Shown here: positions 18,771 to 28,403 of the stretch, one piece after another
Numbering within the stretch: the stretch's first letter is position 1
Layout: every line of letters begins with the position of its first letter
Origin: Candidatus Heimdallarchaeota archaeon B3_Heim
GTDB taxonomy: Archaea > Asgardarchaeota > Heimdallarchaeia > Hodarchaeales > Hodarchaeaceae
Assembly: GCA_003144275.1 (NCBI GenBank)
Contig: NJBF01000001.1
Location: 120,001 to 152,000 of the forward strand
Reading direction: 5' to 3'
Length of the DNA: 32,000 bases
Position numbers and translations under genes: made by a program
The notes under the pieces: model-generated
What the model was told of the DNA's origin: nothing
The model's database searches: none
The model's input: only the letters and a program-made list of their open reading frames with translations

Positions 18771-19043
18771 ATGGAATCACCAAAGTACCCATATTGGAGA
18801 CCATTTCCTTTAACTTTTTCAATAATGAATATTGTCGAGCGAAGAGAAGGGATTCTGTTAGAAGATGATTTAGTTCGTCTATTAGAGTCAGATGTGGGGG
18901 AATTTTCTGATCGAGAATTGAATCAAGCACTAATGAAACTAGAAATCGAAGGATTAATTCATGTCCAAACGATAAAGAAAAATCAAAGAGTAATTAAACG
19001 CATTAAAAAAGGGAACAGATTCCTTACAGTGGGAGAAGACTAA
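18771..19043 (+). CDS. Small winged-helix protein downstream of cdc48
   Basis: EDDLVRLL..FSDRELNQALMKLEIEGLIHV is a wHTH recognition helix plus wing pattern. Confidence 0.65.
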   Translation: MESPKYPYWRPFPLTFSIMNIVERREGILLEDDLVRLLESDVGEFSDRELNQALMKLEIEGLIHVQTIKKNQRVIKRIKKGNRFLTVGED

Positions 19044-19049
19044 TAGATA

Positions 19050-19997
19050 CTAGCTATTTTTTAATTTCAACCCTAGTTTGGCAAGTAATTGGCATACAGG
19101 GCAGGTTTCTTTTGTAGTTAACTCATTACATGACTTACACATGAAGGTAGTTGATGAAACCTCAGATTTCGTGAAATATTGCGATAATGAGTCGTGTACA
19201 TTGATGATATTTACCAAGGTACTGGGACGTTTCTTTTCCATCTCTGATAAAAATGCACGGATGTCGTTTCTCATTGCAGTAAATGCATAGGGACAGGGTA
19301 CTGAATGATATTCCAAATTGTTCGCATGGGCATAAAGTACAATTTCGGGTTCAGATATTTTAACTAATGGACGAATGCGAGGTATGAGTGAAGGAAACTT
19401 TCTCACTGGAATTCTAGAAATTCTTTTAAATCTCCCTGAATCTCCCCGAAGAAGATTCATTACAATTGACTGGGCTTCATCATCTAAATTATGAGCAGTA
19501 GCAATTTTAGTTATTTTTGCTCCCTGACTTCCATAGTTCAAAGCTCTTCGGCGTAAAATACCGCATAATGCACAAGCAGATAAAGAAATTCCCTCCTTCT
19601 TACTCTTATACACGATTTCGTCTAATGTAGCACCATATAAATCTTCAAAAGATACAAGGATATGTTTGAAATTATATTTCGAGGAGATTTTCTTTGTTAA
19701 TTCTAGAAAACCTTCACGATATCCTTCTATTCCTTCATCTATTGTAATTACTGTTACTTGGTTCTTAGAATGACGATTTAAGATGATTTTTGATAACATA
19801 TGTAATAATACAGTACTATCTTTGCCTCCTGAATAGCCTAGACCAATATGATCCACTTTACTTAGCATCTTGTATTTTAATATAGATTTTTTAACACGAT
19901 TTTCAATCAGTTCAAGGAAATGCTGCTTACATAGAATTTTCTTTGTCATGGGATCCTTAGTATATGGTGGATCACTACAACAATTCGATTCCTGCAT
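19050..19997 (-). CDS. ttuA: tRNA 2-thiolation protein, TtuA/Ncs6/CTU1 family (TIGR00269-like)
   Basis: PP-loop SGGKDS, ACALCGILRRR, TAHNLDDEAQ, RIRPL, CPY, C-terminal CKSC..CPVC Zn finger. Confidence 0.9.
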   Translation of the reverse strand: MQESNCCSDPPYTKDPMTKKILCKQHFLELIENRVKKSILKYKMLSKVDHIGLGYSGGKDSTVLLHMLSKIILNRHSKNQVTVITIDEGIEGYREGFLELTKKISSKYNFKHILVSFEDLYGATLDEIVYKSKKEGISLSACALCGILRRRALNYGSQGAKITKIATAHNLDDEAQSIVMNLLRGDSGRFKRISRIPVRKFPSLIPRIRPLVKISEPEIVLYAHANNLEYHSVPCPYAFTAMRNDIRAFLSEMEKKRPSTLVNIINVHDSLSQYFTKSEVSSTTFMCKSCNELTTKETCPVCQLLAKLGLKLKNS

Positions 19998-20014
19998 ATC
20001 GATACAACTGTGGA

Positions 20015-20305
20015 CTATGTTTTACGCTCAGAAACATGCAAATTAACAAGGGGAGGACACACTTTATCTGCGATTACTCCTCCATAAGTTATCGCTTTCT
20101 TTGATAACTCTTCGACATCTAACTTTGAAAATGCGGTTACTTCGAGAAATAAGCTTATCTCGATATTTAATTCTCCCTTTTCAGAGGTTTCTATCGATAT
20201 ATCGATTTCGTTATGCCCTAACTCTTCCCCTGCTTCGGTAACTAAAAAGTTGTGAATTTCCTCATATAAGTAGTCAAGTAGATCATCGGGATTTATAATG
20301 GGCAA
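20015..20305 (-). CDS. DUF3194-like small acidic protein
   Basis: Acidic 96-aa protein with IDISI..ELNIEISL pattern, located directly downstream of prefoldin beta as DUF3194 genes usually are. Confidence 0.55.
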   Translation of the reverse strand: MPIINPDDLLDYLYEEIHNFLVTEAGEELGHNEIDISIETSEKGELNIEISLFLEVTAFSKLDVEELSKKAITYGGVIADKVCPPLVNLHVSERKT

Positions 20306-20356
20306 AGAATTTCAGCTTGATTTGTTCAATGTTAGAGGGGAACGGATGTAAGAAGA

Positions 20357-20701
20357 TCATCCAAGATCTTGACTTAATTTCTTCTGTAATTCCTCAAAAC
20401 GTTCTACATTTTGTTTTTCTTGAGAGGATAATCCTTTTTTCTGAATTTCAAGGAGTTCTCCTTTCTCAGTTAACTCTTTTAAAACGTTTTGAGCCTTTTT
20501 TGGAAACATGACGCCTCCAACAGCTTTCCAGACTTCAGTATCTCCTTCAAGATTTTGTAACTCTTTTTTTGTCACCCCTATTTCTGAAAGGGCTCTCTCA
20601 ATTTCATTTAATTGAATACGGAGATTTTGTATATTTTGTTCAAGAGTCCTATATCGCACCAGTTGTTCTTGTTGAGCGGGGGAGAGTTCAGGGAGTGTCA
20701 T
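20357..20701 (-). CDS. pfdB: Prefoldin subunit beta
   Basis: ELSPAQQEQL coiled coil, EVWKAVGGVMF beta hairpin, second coiled coil; superoperon position. Confidence 0.92.
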   Translation of the reverse strand: MTLPELSPAQQEQLVRYRTLEQNIQNLRIQLNEIERALSEIGVTKKELQNLEGDTEVWKAVGGVMFPKKAQNVLKELTEKGELLEIQKKGLSSQEKQNVERFEELQKKLSQDLG

Positions 20702-20735
20702 TTTTCTTTTTCCTCTGATATTAAGTTCATTTATT

Positions 20736-21008
20736 CTAAGTATTTACAATTTTCTTCGGGATAATTTGAATTAACTCGCTTACCAAAGTAATCCATTTCA
20801 GCATGGAAGAAATGTTTGCTTTCGCTGCCGTAATATCTTGTGAGTTAACAGTCATAATTAACGAATTCGTTTCCAATCTCAACAAGATTTGTGATCTTTC
20901 AAAATGGTGATCATTTACTTCGGGAATTAATGATTCGTAGATGAATTTGGCTTCTTCTGGAGAATCAAGTTGAATTACAGTCTCTATACTAATCTTACTC
21001 TCCATCAT
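20736..21008 (-). CDS. pcc1: KEOPS complex subunit Pcc1
   Basis: EEAKFIYESLIPE..RSQI..SQDITAAKANISSMLKWI; ATGA overlap with the Brix gene stop. Confidence 0.85.
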   Translation of the reverse strand: MMESKISIETVIQLDSPEEAKFIYESLIPEVNDHHFERSQILLRLETNSLIMTVNSQDITAAKANISSMLKWITLVSELIQIIPKKIVNT

Positions 21009-21577
21009 TCTACCTCTTGCATAATATTAATTACAAATGAATAGAGAGGCGTACCATTATTTGGAACAGTCCTAACTACTTCCCCATGGAGGTTTCCATT
21101 AGAATAATCACTGAATTTAATTTTAAGAGTCGATTTCGTCTGTTTACTTTTCGTCTGACTTAGTAATGGATTTAAAAAATTTTGAATGCGTTCCTTTAAA
21201 GAAATTGGAATATCTAGTGGATATTCGACTGAAATATAGTTGCAATCCACTCTCGTTTCTTTTTCCCCCTTTCGAGGAAAATTGAAATTCTCTAATTTAG
21301 CATTAACCTCAAATTGTTTGGGAGATTGTATGAAGTCATAACAACTGAGAGAGATTGAATCAATTTTCTTAGAGCCGTGAACGATGAGTAACTTGTTGAT
21401 ACCCATATTCCAACAGAGATTTTTGATTTCTTTTAGACTTAATGAACCGCGATTCATTCTTTTAGATAAAGGAAGAGAAAATGACAATAATTTACTTACA
21501 CGGCGTAAAAAGTGAGAAGGATTATGAGATGTTGTTATCAAAAGAGTAAATAAATCCTCATTCTCTTTTTTTGCCAT
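21005..21577 (-). CDS. Brix-domain ribosome biogenesis protein (Imp4-like)
   Basis: LLITTSHNPS..NRGSLSLKEI N-terminal Brix motif; lies between eL43 and pcc1. Confidence 0.8.
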   Translation of the reverse strand: MAKKENEDLFTLLITTSHNPSHFLRRVSKLLSFSLPLSKRMNRGSLSLKEIKNLCWNMGINKLLIVHGSKKIDSISLSCYDFIQSPKQFEVNAKLENFNFPRKGEKETRVDCNYISVEYPLDIPISLKERIQNFLNPLLSQTKSKQTKSTLKIKFSDYSNGNLHGEVVRTVPNNGTPLYSFVINIMQEVE

Positions 21578-21620
21578 AATTCTTCATTTTTACCATAATC
21601 TTATGGGGGTGAAATTCCCC

Positions 21621-21896
21621 TTAAGAATCAGTTTGAGTAGCAAGGCGTTTAGCTGTTCTTTGAGCAATTTTGCCTCCGGGGGTTTCTGGAGCCCACGATC
21701 CACCTGTGTATCTAAATCCACAGAATTTACATTCCCAAATTCCGATAGATACACGTTTTACTTTCAGTGAGTCGCAGGAAGGGCAAACGTGAAATCTCTT
21801 TGATTCTTGTTCAATTTTTTTAACTCGTTTTCGAATTGTAGCTCCATAGCGGGTACCGAAACGTCCAGTTGAACCTACTTTCTTAGTCCGACCCAT
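21621..21896 (-). CDS. rpl37ae: 50S ribosomal protein L37Ae (eL43)
   Basis: MGRTKKVGSTGRFGTRYG..CPSC..GIWECKFCG..GGSW. Confidence 0.97.
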   Translation of the reverse strand: MGRTKKVGSTGRFGTRYGATIRKRVKKIEQESKRFHVCPSCDSLKVKRVSIGIWECKFCGFRYTGGSWAPETPGGKIAQRTAKRLATQTDS

Positions 21897-21946
21897 TTTA
21901 CCACCAAATCTCCAGTTTTAAGTGCCTGTTTTTTACTTTTTCAAAG

Positions 21947-22810
21947 TTAGAAATCAAAATGATACATCTCATTCATTTCAGGGAATTGAGAACATTCTTC
22001 AATCTTTTCAAGTAGAGGTGCCACCAAAGAAGAGCCTTTATCCAAAAGTGTAACAAATTCTTCCTCGGTAAAGACTCCTGATTCTCCTTTCTGCATTGAA
22101 CAAATAATTCCTTTATCGGTAATAGCTAGAGAGAAACGTGCATCTTTTCCCCTATCTTCGAGTAAATTAGGATCATAGACAATTGTATTATTGACTTTAG
22201 CGAATGTAAGGCAAGCAACAGATCCTTTTCTGGGAAGAGGTTCCTTTTCATCCAACAGAGTGACTTCTTCGAGATCTTCGTCAATTACAACCTTTTTCAG
22301 TCGAGTATTTGCTAGTGCAGCCATAGCACCAAGAGCGGCAGCATCGAACAAATTCCCACCATCATCAAGGATATACACATCAATAAAAAGGATCCAAACC
22401 TTCTTTCCAGGAATTACACATAATTTAGGATCCTTCATGGGTATAATTTTGCTTTCTCGTATACCACGATCGACAACACGAGCCAACTCAACTGCTCGGG
22501 GGCCGGGTGGACCACTTTCATTGGTTGGTGATGAGATAGGAGAAATTTCTGCATTTACAGTGATTACACCGTCATTTGGTGTGTCAGGAAAGGGAGTACC
22601 AAGTTGTGCTTTCACACCAGCAAGGATTACAGTATCTCCCCATTTTACCATTGCTGATCCTTCAGCCTTTTTAATAACATTTGGGATTATTTGTATTGGT
22701 CTACAATCCAATAAATTTCTTCCATCAGATCTTTTCCCTTTTTCAAGTAATTTAGTAACATATTGTTTTTCTAAAACTCCAACGATTGCTTCTGAACGCA
22801 TGATATTCAC
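21947..22810 (-). CDS. rrp42: Exosome complex component Rrp42
   Basis: RSDGRNLLDCRPI, AEGSAMVKWGDT, ELARVVDRGIRES, DDGGNLFDA. Confidence 0.95.
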   Translation of the reverse strand: MNIMRSEAIVGVLEKQYVTKLLEKGKRSDGRNLLDCRPIQIIPNVIKKAEGSAMVKWGDTVILAGVKAQLGTPFPDTPNDGVITVNAEISPISSPTNESGPPGPRAVELARVVDRGIRESKIIPMKDPKLCVIPGKKVWILFIDVYILDDGGNLFDAAALGAMAALANTRLKKVVIDEDLEEVTLLDEKEPLPRKGSVACLTFAKVNNTIVYDPNLLEDRGKDARFSLAITDKGIICSMQKGESGVFTEEEFVTLLDKGSSLVAPLLEKIEECSQFPEMNEMYHFDF

Positions 22811-23566
22811 CTATTCCTCTTCTTCTCCCAAATCATCTATAGATTCCTCAATTTGGGTATATTTGGCCAGAACGGCATCTTTTTGCATTTTGTATACTTC
22901 ACCAATTGCACGAATTGCTAGCGATAATCCTTCTTTTACTTCATCAGTCGTGAATTCACCATCACATTGGAACAAAGTGATTTCCCCAGTATTATAATTC
23001 ATCGCAACAGGCATATCACCTTGTCCATCCTTATCTTCGACATCAGATAAGTCAACAACCATTTTATCCGCAACTTTGCCCACTGCACAGCCTGTTACAA
23101 ACCCCTTCATCGGAATACCTGCATCAGCTAGAGCTATTGACGCTGCAGTCAACGCAGCGCATCGGGTGCCTCCATCAGCGTCCAATACAGTAATATATAC
23201 ATCAATCGTGCCGTTTGGAAATTTTTCTAAAAATAGTACAGAATCTAAAGATTCCTTAATCAATTTACTTAATTCATACTCTCTACGTCTTGGTGCAGGG
23301 CTCTTTCGCTCGTTCACAGAAAACGTAGCTAGACGATATTCTACTCGAACTATCGCCCGATCAGGTTTTGCTAAGTGTTTTGGGTGCAATTCTCTCGGAC
23401 CATATACTGCACATATTATTTTGTTATTACCCCAAGTAAGATAACAACTCCCATCTGCTCTGTCCAAAACACTACTTTTCATTGTGATTGGACGTATTTC
23501 ATGAAGTTCTCTACCGTCTAAACGTCGTCCATCATCTAAAAGTAGAGATGTTTTATCTTGTGTCAT
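22811..23566 (-). CDS. rrp41: Exosome complex exonuclease Rrp41
   Basis: RLDGRELHEIRP, VYGPRE, FSVNERK, ADGGTRCAAL, EDKDGQGDMP. Confidence 0.96.
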   Translation of the reverse strand: MTQDKTSLLLDDGRRLDGRELHEIRPITMKSSVLDRADGSCYLTWGNNKIICAVYGPRELHPKHLAKPDRAIVRVEYRLATFSVNERKSPAPRRREYELSKLIKESLDSVLFLEKFPNGTIDVYITVLDADGGTRCAALTAASIALADAGIPMKGFVTGCAVGKVADKMVVDLSDVEDKDGQGDMPVAMNYNTGEITLFQCDGEFTTDEVKEGLSLAIRAIGEVYKMQKDAVLAKYTQIEESIDDLGEEEE

Positions 23567-23582
23567 TCATTTCACACCATTA

Positions 23583-24290
23583 TCATAATTTTTTATTTTC
23601 TTCTTCTAAATATTCACGAATTCTATCCGTAAGCCCACTGGTATGAGCTTCTGCTTCAATTTTCCGAATTGCGCTAATTACTAGATTTTCCTTTTCAACC
23701 GAATTTGCAGAAACTACAATACGTCCATTTTGACCTACAATAATTTGAGCATTTGTCATATTTTTTAATAATTGAATCATACTACCCTTCTTACCAATTA
23801 TCCGTGGTATTTTCACTGGATCAACATCAATTAATCTGCCGTGAGTTAATTTTCGAAGCCCTCTTCCTAGCATAGTAAGGACTGGATCTCTAGTTCTATC
23901 AAAATATGTGATTTGTGCCTTGATAATGTCTCCATAATCCAAAACCTGTTCTAAGCTCTCTCTGAGAGAATCAAAGTCGCGATCTAATACACTATTAACT
24001 CTAAGAGCACCAACGTAAGGGCCTCGTATATCGACGTTCCATGAGGTAAGCCCTACTCTAACAATTTTCCCAATAATGATATCTCCTTCTAACGGGATAT
24101 AACAACCTTCTAAAGGGACAACACCAACACTATCTTTCCGAATTTTTACTAATCCAATCATGGAGGCTATAATTTCAGTTTCTCCGTTGATTTTTTTCCG
24201 ATATACTCCACCCGCAACATCGACTCCAGATCCACGTGCGAGGACTTCACCTGGTACGACCAGCTGATTTTTATTTACTAAAATTGTCAT
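23583..24290 (-). CDS. rrp4: Exosome RNA-binding protein Rrp4
   Basis: LVVPGE, YIPLEGDIIIG (S1), KIPRIIGKKGSMI (KH), IVGQNGRI, EAHTSGLTDRI. ATG at 24290 preferred over 24299. Confidence 0.95.
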   Translation of the reverse strand: MTILVNKNQLVVPGEVLARGSGVDVAGGVYRKKINGETEIIASMIGLVKIRKDSVGVVPLEGCYIPLEGDIIIGKIVRVGLTSWNVDIRGPYVGALRVNSVLDRDFDSLRESLEQVLDYGDIIKAQITYFDRTRDPVLTMLGRGLRKLTHGRLIDVDPVKIPRIIGKKGSMIQLLKNMTNAQIIVGQNGRIVVSANSVEKENLVISAIRKIEAEAHTSGLTDRIREYLEEENKKL

Positions 24291-24306
24291 TTTAATCACT
24301 TTATTA

Positions 24307-25041
24307 TTATAATCTTATTCTTTCTATAACTTTAATTTCAGAACGACCCTTCGTCATTCCTTGTACCATCTCCATAAACTCCCCTTGTACTCCTGCTGCG
24401 ATACTAACAACTGCAATCCAAGAACCATCCTTCTGCCATTCATCTTTTTCGATCTGACCCTTACGCTTAATTTCCCCATACGCTTTTCCAGTGAATTCAG
24501 GGGGTATCTGGACAGCTAATTTCACTGTCTCCATACTAATTGGAATAATTGTTCGAAGTTCAACAATAATATCCTTGATCTGCTCTTCAGCTGATTTTGT
24601 TGGATCAATCATAACTTTTGCTTCTTTCATGGCATTCTCGATTCTTAAAGGAGGATGTGGGGTTCGAGTTTTAGGATTAATGCAGGTTTTAGCAAGTAAA
24701 TTGACTATTTGTTTTCTTTTTTTCTCAAAAAATTCCTGTCTTTGCTCTGCAGTGAGGTTTAAATCTCCTTTAACAAGGATTTTCTCTGCTATTTCGATAA
24801 TATTGGTTGTTTCGAAACAGTGATTCAAAATTTCATCAGATGCTCGCTCGCCCTTACTAGCATTGTCAAAAATCTCATCCACTTCAAGAATGTCGTCTAT
24901 TGTTATTGACTCATCAAGAAGTCCCATTTTGTATTTCAAAGCAAGTTCGGGATTAACTATCAATTCGAATCGATTGCCTTGAAATTTAGCACGTACAACG
25001 GATTTTCCTGAAAGATCTACTCTTCTTGTATCTCTTAACAT
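24307..25041 (-). CDS. sbds: Ribosome assembly factor SBDS/Sdo1
   Basis: RFELIV, GERAS, QRQEFFEKKRKQI, INPKTRTPHPPLRIENAM. Confidence 0.95.
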   Translation of the reverse strand: MLRDTRRVDLSGKSVVRAKFQGNRFELIVNPELALKYKMGLLDESITIDDILEVDEIFDNASKGERASDEILNHCFETTNIIEIAEKILVKGDLNLTAEQRQEFFEKKRKQIVNLLAKTCINPKTRTPHPPLRIENAMKEAKVMIDPTKSAEEQIKDIIVELRTIIPISMETVKLAVQIPPEFTGKAYGEIKRKGQIEKDEWQKDGSWIAVVSIAAGVQGEFMEMVQGMTKGRSEIKVIERIRL

Positions 25042-25043
25042 GA

Positions 25044-25781
25044 CTATTCCTCTTTGTTCTTAATTTGCTTGATGAGATTTAATATATCTATCGAGTTATA
25101 GTAGTTTAATTTTCGATCTGAACTTGAGATTATGGCAATCTCGACCATGTCAGGATCCAGTTTATCGTCAGAAACCTTTTGCAACGCTTTCAGTGCCACT
25201 AAAATTCCCTCTTGGAGTGTTTTAGAGATTTTACGATAAGAGTTCTCTAAGTCTTCCACAATTATTGGAGTTCCAGAACCAATAGCTGCTGCACGATACC
25301 CCCAATAACTTCCACTAGGTTCTGTCATGAATAATTGAGGACCGTTGATCTCATCAACCCCTGCAATTATCAGTGAAACACCGAACGGTCGAACTCCCGC
25401 ATGCTGAGTATAAGCCTGTTTAACGTCTGCTATTCTGTGTGTTAAATTTTCAACCGTTATTGACTCATTATAAGTAATTTGATGAATTTGAGCTTGAACT
25501 CGAGCCTGATTAACAAGTATACGCGCATCAGCGGTTAAACCCGCGATAGCAACCGCAATGTGTTCATCAATTGCAAAAATTTTTTTTACCATTTCTTTTT
25601 CAATCAGAGTGGTATGTAGTCTCTTCTGTACTGCGAGAATACAGCCTTCCGATGTTTTAATCCCAATAGCTGTTGTTCCCCTTTTAACCGCTTCAATTGC
25701 ATACTCTACCTGAAACAATCGTCCATCAGGGCTGAAAATTGTACTCCCTCTGTCATAACCTAATCCTTTTGGGGCAAACAA
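25044..25781 (-). CDS. psmA: Proteasome subunit alpha
   Basis: GYDRGSTIFSPDGRLFQVEYA, TQHAGVRPFGVSL; TTG start with GGTGG SD. Confidence 0.97.
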   Translation of the reverse strand: MFAPKGLGYDRGSTIFSPDGRLFQVEYAIEAVKRGTTAIGIKTSEGCILAVQKRLHTTLIEKEMVKKIFAIDEHIAVAIAGLTADARILVNQARVQAQIHQITYNESITVENLTHRIADVKQAYTQHAGVRPFGVSLIIAGVDEINGPQLFMTEPSGSYWGYRAAAIGSGTPIIVEDLENSYRKISKTLQEGILVALKALQKVSDDKLDPDMVEIAIISSSDRKLNYYNSIDILNLIKQIKNKEE

Positions 25782-26263
25782 CTCATTCCACCTGAAATAA
25801 TTCCTTTTTTATTCTTTCTCTTTCAATCCTATCGAGTTTATCTCGAATATTTAACGATTCAGACGATAATTTTCTTCAACCAATTAATCACTTTTTTAGA
25901 AACCGAAGATTAGCCTTTTATTACAGATTTAGACACCTCAAGAATTTTCTCAATGAAGGAATATCTCTTAATCCTCAAGAAAAACGGAAAACTCCCTATA
26001 CCAGGCATTTTACTTTAAATAAAGTTATATCCTTCCTCTATCAGCAGAAATAATTTTGAATTTTTATGAGATAATTCTGATAGACAGTCTGCATCTATTA
26101 CAATAGAAAAGTACATTTGTCTCTGCATTTGAGTGACCCCTGTGATTGTTATTAGGAAAGTGATCACAAGTTGTTAAAAACTATTTAAATTATACATTTC
26201 TTCTGCTGATTTAAGTCGATTTTACATGTATTTCTCGCTAAAATGCTGAAAAGGTGTTATTTC

Positions 26264-26701
26264 ATGGCTTACGAACCGAAAAAAATTGGTACTATCAAAG
26301 TAGGTAGATATATTATTGATCCAGAATCAAATGAACCATGTCGAGTTATTTCTATAGATAAAAGCAAACCAGGTAAACATGGTGCAGCTAAAGCTCGAAT
26401 GATGATAGTTGGACTTTTCGATAATCAGAAACGACAATTAATTTCTCCCGTCGATAAAAGAGTAAATGTTCCTATTATTGAAAAAAATACAGGACAGGTA
26501 ACCAATGTAGAAGCTAATACAGGATTCGTACACGTTATGGATAATGAATCATATGAAACATTTATAGTTGATTCTCCAACAGAAGAGAATTTAAAATCAA
26601 AGTTAAATGAATTATTTGCTGCGGGAAAGGGTGTTGAGATTGATTATTGGGTGGTTATGGATCGGAAAAAAATTAATCTAGTACGAGAAATGGAATATTA
26701 A
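26264..26701 (+). CDS. eif5a: Translation initiation/elongation factor aIF5A
   Basis: Hypusine-site motif SKPGKHGAAK. ATG at 26264 follows an AGGTG SD (the track's 26243 start is probably too long). Confidence 0.95.
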   Translation: MAYEPKKIGTIKVGRYIIDPESNEPCRVISIDKSKPGKHGAAKARMMIVGLFDNQKRQLISPVDKRVNVPIIEKNTGQVTNVEANTGFVHVMDNESYETFIVDSPTEENLKSKLNELFAAGKGVEIDYWVVMDRKKINLVREMEY

Positions 26702-26732
26702 CTAGACGAACTGCGAAGGGGTTGACTAATTA

Positions 26733-27593
26733 TTGGCAGAAGTATCACAAATTGGTATTTTCTCCCAGGTGCTCTGTGAAGAGACAATTGATATCCTTGA
26801 CAAAATAATTTCACTTGAGGAAAGTAAAAAAATTTCTTATTCGTTAAATCCTGAACTTTTTCAATATATTGAAAAGAATAGACCACAATTAGCTCAATTT
26901 TTCCAAAAAACAACCCTTGAGGAAATGAAAGGGGATTGCATATTTTCAATAGGGGGAGATGGAACCATACTTAGAATAGCCCGGGTTAATCCTAATATAC
27001 CAATTCTGTCCATTAATAAGGGTAGAAAAGGATTTATGACTGAAATTGAAGCAGATGAGGTTATCACATCTCTACCTCGATTTTTCCAAGGAAAATTTAG
27101 ACTTGAAGAACATACTAAGATTGCAGCAAATATTGAGAATGAGATCCAAGCTTCTGCAATAAATGAAATTTTGATAACTTCGACTGATCTATTGAAACCT
27201 ATAGATTTCAAAGTTCTGGTAGATAATGAAGTGATATCAGGTTCTTCAGCTGATGGTATAATTATTGCCACCCCTATCGGTTCAACAGGTCACAATTTAT
27301 CGAGTGGCGGAAGTGTTATGGATCCTGATTTACAAGGTTTGATAATATCGTGGATTAATCCAATAAACTTAGCTATCCGTCCAGTGATTCTTAATTTTTC
27401 TCGAAATCTTGAAGTTATCTGTACCACAAGAATTAATCCAATAAAGATGGTTTTTGATGGACAGGTCAGTTTAGAATATACTACCCCTGTGAAATTTTCA
27501 ATTTCACTCTCTCAGGAAAAGGTGCAATTTTATCGTCTTAGACATTTCACTTCACGATGGCGGCAACATCTTCATCCTGAAATTAGGGATTGA
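26733..27593 (+). CDS. nadK: NAD(+) kinase
   Basis: GGDGT, GRKGFM, AINE, ADGIIIATPIGSTGHNLSSGG. Confidence 0.92.
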   Translation: MAEVSQIGIFSQVLCEETIDILDKIISLEESKKISYSLNPELFQYIEKNRPQLAQFFQKTTLEEMKGDCIFSIGGDGTILRIARVNPNIPILSINKGRKGFMTEIEADEVITSLPRFFQGKFRLEEHTKIAANIENEIQASAINEILITSTDLLKPIDFKVLVDNEVISGSSADGIIIATPIGSTGHNLSSGGSVMDPDLQGLIISWINPINLAIRPVILNFSRNLEVICTTRINPIKMVFDGQVSLEYTTPVKFSISLSQEKVQFYRLRHFTSRWRQHLHPEIRD

Positions 27594-28135
27594 GTAAAGA
27601 TTTGATTGATTACTCCAAGCTATTACACGTCCTTGATTCGACAGCATTTATTGGCTTAGATTTTCCTATTCTCCAATCAATTGAAGTGAAAAAGTTTCTA
27701 ACAGCTCATTCAGTTATAGAGGAATTAAAAGACTTTCGATCGAGAATGAACTTTGATGTGATGCTGCAAACAAATAAGTTAGAGGTATCATCTCCTAATC
27801 CACAAAATTTTAGAAAATTAAAAACGAAAATACATAAAATTGATCCAAATACACGTCTTTCAGATACAGACATCCAAGTTTTAACCCTAGCATGGCAGGT
27901 AAAGGGAGTATTAGTAACAAATGATCTCACTCTGCAAAACATCGCCAAGCAATTGAAAGTCACAACCCGTGTAATCAGTGGAAAAGGAATCAAAGTAATT
28001 CGAAAAAGTAGCTTAAGGTGTATGAGCTGCAAACGAACTTTTCGAGTATCAGGTCAGCACTGTCCTGAGTGTGGGGGAATTTTAAAGCAGTATTTCTCTA
28101 CAAGCAACTCAAATGACCTATTGGGAAAGGAGTGA
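27590..28135 (+). CDS. nob1: Nob1 rRNA-maturation endonuclease (PIN + Zn ribbon)
   Basis: VLDSTAFI, LSDTDIQVL, LVTNDLTLQN, then CMSC..CPECGG; 4-nt overlap with the nadK stop. Confidence 0.85.
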   Translation: MSKDLIDYSKLLHVLDSTAFIGLDFPILQSIEVKKFLTAHSVIEELKDFRSRMNFDVMLQTNKLEVSSPNPQNFRKLKTKIHKIDPNTRLSDTDIQVLTLAWQVKGVLVTNDLTLQNIAKQLKVTTRVISGKGIKVIRKSSLRCMSCKRTFRVSGQHCPECGGILKQYFSTSNSNDLLGKE

Positions 28136-28202
28136 ATTAAAAATAAAAATTCATTGTAAGAAAGAACAGTTACGAGTAAAATTCCCCCAGGAAGAAAAAG
28201 AT

Positions 28203-28403
28203 TTGCCAGAAGAATTAAAATCTAAAGAAGAATTCATGACTACGCTCGATTTAGCATCAGTTTGCTATGTAAAACGATTAAAGGACTCAGATGTTGTTAA
28301 ACTAAAACTCAGGACAAAAAAACGCCTGTACACCTTCAAAACAACCCCCAAAGAAGCTAATCAAATAGTGCAGAGTTTAAACATCCCTGTAGAAGAGGTT
28401 TAA
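28203..28403 (+). CDS. rpl38e: Ribosomal protein eL38 (L38e)
   Basis: KEEF..CYVKR..DVVKLKLRTKKRLYTFK resembles eL38 (DNVKFKVRCSRYLYTL). Start re-placed at TTG 28203 (MPEELKSKEEF, 66 aa) after AGGAAG. Confidence 0.85.
   Translation: MPEELKSKEEFMTTLDLASVCYVKRLKDSDVVKLKLRTKKRLYTFKTTPKEANQIVQSLNIPVEEV

Noticed and set aside
19920-19997. TtuA-like N-terminal Zn finger has CC instead of CxxC
   Set aside because: The CKQH half is intact and this finger varies among homologs; no evidence of frameshift or loss of function.
13733-20511. ORFs 13733..13939, 18709..18930, 19078..19290 and 20317..20511
   Set aside because: Antisense to the pilin, wH, ttuA-like and pfdB genes.
22191-22997. 268-aa plus-strand ORF
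   Set aside because: Lies entirely antisense to rrp42/rrp41; Ser/Thr-rich shadow composition with no motifs.
23076-23444. 122-aa plus-strand ORF (also 24491..24823)
   Set aside because: Antisense shadows of rrp41 and SBDS.
25796-26053. Long stop-free plus-strand frame upstream of psmA; checked for missed rpl15e/RNase P genes
   Set aside because: No start codon in the frame and no similarity to eL15, Rpp30 or Pop5; the only minus-strand ORF is 32 aa with no features.
26698-28032. Minus-strand ORFs 26698..26949, 26894..27271 and 27706..28032
   Set aside because: Antisense to nadK and nob1.
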